From Owenia fusiformis (taxonomy: Eukaryota): a stretch of DNA of 64,000 bases. The notes under the pieces were generated by a model. The model worked only from the letters and a program-made list of their open reading frames with translations, was not told the DNA's origin and made no database searches. The translations under genes were made by a program, and so were the position numbers. The stretch is from assembly GCA_903813345.2 (NCBI GenBank), contig CAIIXF020000001.1:28520001-28584000 (forward strand). Direction: 5' to 3'. How positions within the stretch are numbered: position 1 is the first letter of the stretch; each line of letters opens with the position of its first letter. This document shows, in pieces, positions 61,748-64,000 of this stretch.

Positions 61748-63527
61748 CAGGGCCGTCAGATGGGGGGGGGGGTGCGATGGGTGCGACCGCACCCCCCTTT
61801 GTCACCCCCCAAAATAAATTTGAAAATTCAAATTTTTTTTTTTTTGAAAAATAGTTTTTTTTGTAATTTTTTTTTCATTGACTCATACACTTTGAAAGTA
61901 CCCAGAAAGCACCAAATAGCATCTTAAAATTGTAAAATTTTCTAGGGGTATTGGCCACCCCTCACCCCCCCCCCCCCACAAAACAATGGAAAAGTTCTAA
62001 ATTTATTTTAGAGTTTTGTCTCAGACACTTTTAAAGTGCCCAGATATCATCAAATAGCTCCTTGATATAGTTAGTGTTTCTGGGGGACTTACTCCCCCTC
62101 TTGCATCTTGCACTTGCAACCCCCCCCCCCTCTGGCGCCCCCCCCCCCTTGACCCCCCCCCCCCCCCCAAAAAAAAATAAAATTGTGATTTTCTCAAATT
62201 CTTTAATTGACTCATACACTTTGAAAGTGCCCAGAAAGCACCAAATAGCGTCGTAAAATTGTAAAATTTTCTAGGGGGAGTGGGCCACCTCTCACACTCC
62301 AAACAAAACAATGGAAAAGTTCTGAATTTGTTTTATGTATTGTCTCAGACACTTTTAAATTGCCCAGACATCATCAAATAGCTGCTTGATAAAGTTAATG
62401 ATTCTGAAAGACTAACACTTACTCGCCCTCTGGCATCCCCACTCCACCTCCCCCTCTGGCAGCCCCCTCCTTTAACACCCCCCCCCCCCAAAAAAGAAGA
62501 GATTTTTCAAATTTTTTTATTGACTCATACCTTTTGAAAGTGCCCAGAAAGCACCAAATAGCATCTTAAAATTGTAAAATTTTCTTGGGAAATAGGCACT
62601 TTTAGGCACAGACACTTTTAAAGTGCCCAAACTTCATCGAATAGCACCTTGATATTGCAAATTTTGATATGGGGGACAAACACTTGCTTCCCCTCTGGCA
62701 CCCCAGCCCCACCTCCCCCTCTGGCACCCCTCCCCCCCCCCCCCTTTGACACCCCCAAAATTTGAAAAAAATTGTGATTGTTTTTTTCAATGCTTTTATT
62801 GACTAATACACTTTAAAAGTGCCCAGAAGCACCAAATATCATCTTTAAATTGTAAAATTTTCTAGGAGAGTTAGCCACCCCTCACATCCCCCACAAAACA
62901 AAATATTCTGAATTTCATGTATTGTCTCAGATATTTTTTAAGTGCCCAGACATCATCAAATAGCACCTTGATATGGTCAATATCTCTGGGGGACAACCCC
63001 TTGCTCCCCTACTGGCACCCCACCCCACTTTACCCTCTCATCCTCTTTGACACCCCCAAAAGAATTTGAAAAAAATTCACATTTTTCTTATTGACTCATA
63101 ACGCACAGGCGTACCAGATGGTTGCAAATTCGCTCCAAATACAACCAAATTTCAAAATTTTCCTGGGGGAGAACCCCCAGACCGCCCTGAATGCTCGGTT
63201 TTTTATTCACTCAACTCTTATTCCCATGGTGGTGGCTTACTTCTTAGAAACTTACACTTTGAAAGTGCCCAGAAAGCACCAAATAGCATCTCAAAACTGT
63301 AAAATTTTCTAGGGGGAGTGGACCACTCCTCACACCCCCCACAAAACAATTGGAACGTTTGGAAGTTGCATGCATTTGTTAATTCCAAACCAATATAGGG
63401 AGTAACTGACCCCCCCCCCCTCTGTCTTACGCGATTTAATTTACGCGGCAAAAAAATGACAATTTTACATTCTCTTTAGTAAGCTAAAAACCGCACCCCC
63501 CTTGGAGAAAAGTGTCTTACGGGCCTG
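61748..63527. mobile_element. 1.8-kb non-autonomous element with 5-bp TSD and ~300-bp internal tandem repeats rich in poly-C
   Basis: ttgtg|CAGGGCCGTCAGA...TCTTACGGGCCTG|ttgtg. TTGACTCATACACTTTGAAAGTGCCCAGAAAGCACCAAATAGC recurs near 61878, 62207, 62520, 62799 and 63250. Confidence 0.85.
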
Positions 63528-63669
63528 TTGTGTATCTAGATATGTACATTATTAAAAGAGGGCAACACTGTACAACTCCGACAGTTTGATGCAGTCAGGT
63601 CGTACCCTTTGCATTCTTTCCGACTTCGCATCTCAAAAGAGAGGTTCGTCTAACTCTTCAGTAGTTTAT

Positions 63670-63745
63670 AACTAGACTCTGCGCGCAGGGTAGTCAAGTC
63701 GCAGAGTCGTTTCAAAATCTAAGATGGCTCTCAAAGTGAGTAAGT
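63670..63745 (+). promoter_or_regulatory. Possible promoter and short first coding exon (ATG GCT CTC AAA|gtgagt) of a downstream gene
   Basis: TGCGCGCA, a YY1-like AAGATGGC overlapping ATG 63724, and a strong donor GTGAGT at 63736. No downstream exon is visible. Confidence 0.3.
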
Positions 63746-64000
63746 GACATCAAGACCACAGCCTGGTCAGTTACTTTCAGTCTAAAAGCCCCCCCCCCCC
63801 CATCTGGCCGTGAGCTTCAAGCTTACTTTCGATTTGACCATTACCGTTTGAGGACCAATTAAATGATTTATAGAGATTAAAATGCACTGATCATCATATT
63901 CAAGTGGAGATTTTGCATCTAATTCAATTTAAGCAATACACCTTTCTAATAAACCTTGGTATACATTTTGCTTACACCAAAGAACCTAGAATAATTGACC

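Noticed and set aside
61010-63451. Several short ORFs, including Gly/Pro-rich ones
   Set aside because: They derive from repeat elements and poly-C/G tracts.

Overview
AT-rich, intron-containing animal genomic DNA, probably a lophotrochozoan invertebrate (inferred from Helentron-type satellite-carrying elements and a TIMP with an extra C-terminal Cys pair). I reconstructed seven genes by hand from splice sites and reading-frame phases. (1) The 3' part of a giant acidic protein with 75-aa tandem repeats ending in a CBM20 glycogen/starch-binding domain. (2) An intronless basic protein with five helical repeats. (3) A 5-exon TIMP, missed by the ORF track, with an unusual acidic extension before Cys1. 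(4) A protein with basic 21-aa repeats. (5) A divergent TIR-only gene, head-to-head with (6) an ankyrin/SOCS-box gene whose 12-kb intron holds nested Helentron-like elements. (7) An I-set Ig protein with an acidic region, LIR-like motifs and a C-terminal membrane anchor. Non-coding DNA contains many non-autonomous DNA transposons, including four CAG..CTG elements with 5-bp TSDs and one element flanked by a 13-bp direct repeat, plus a 3.6-kb purine-rich satellite. No rRNA, tRNA or CRISPR was seen. All assignments come from motif recognition by eye; no searches were run.
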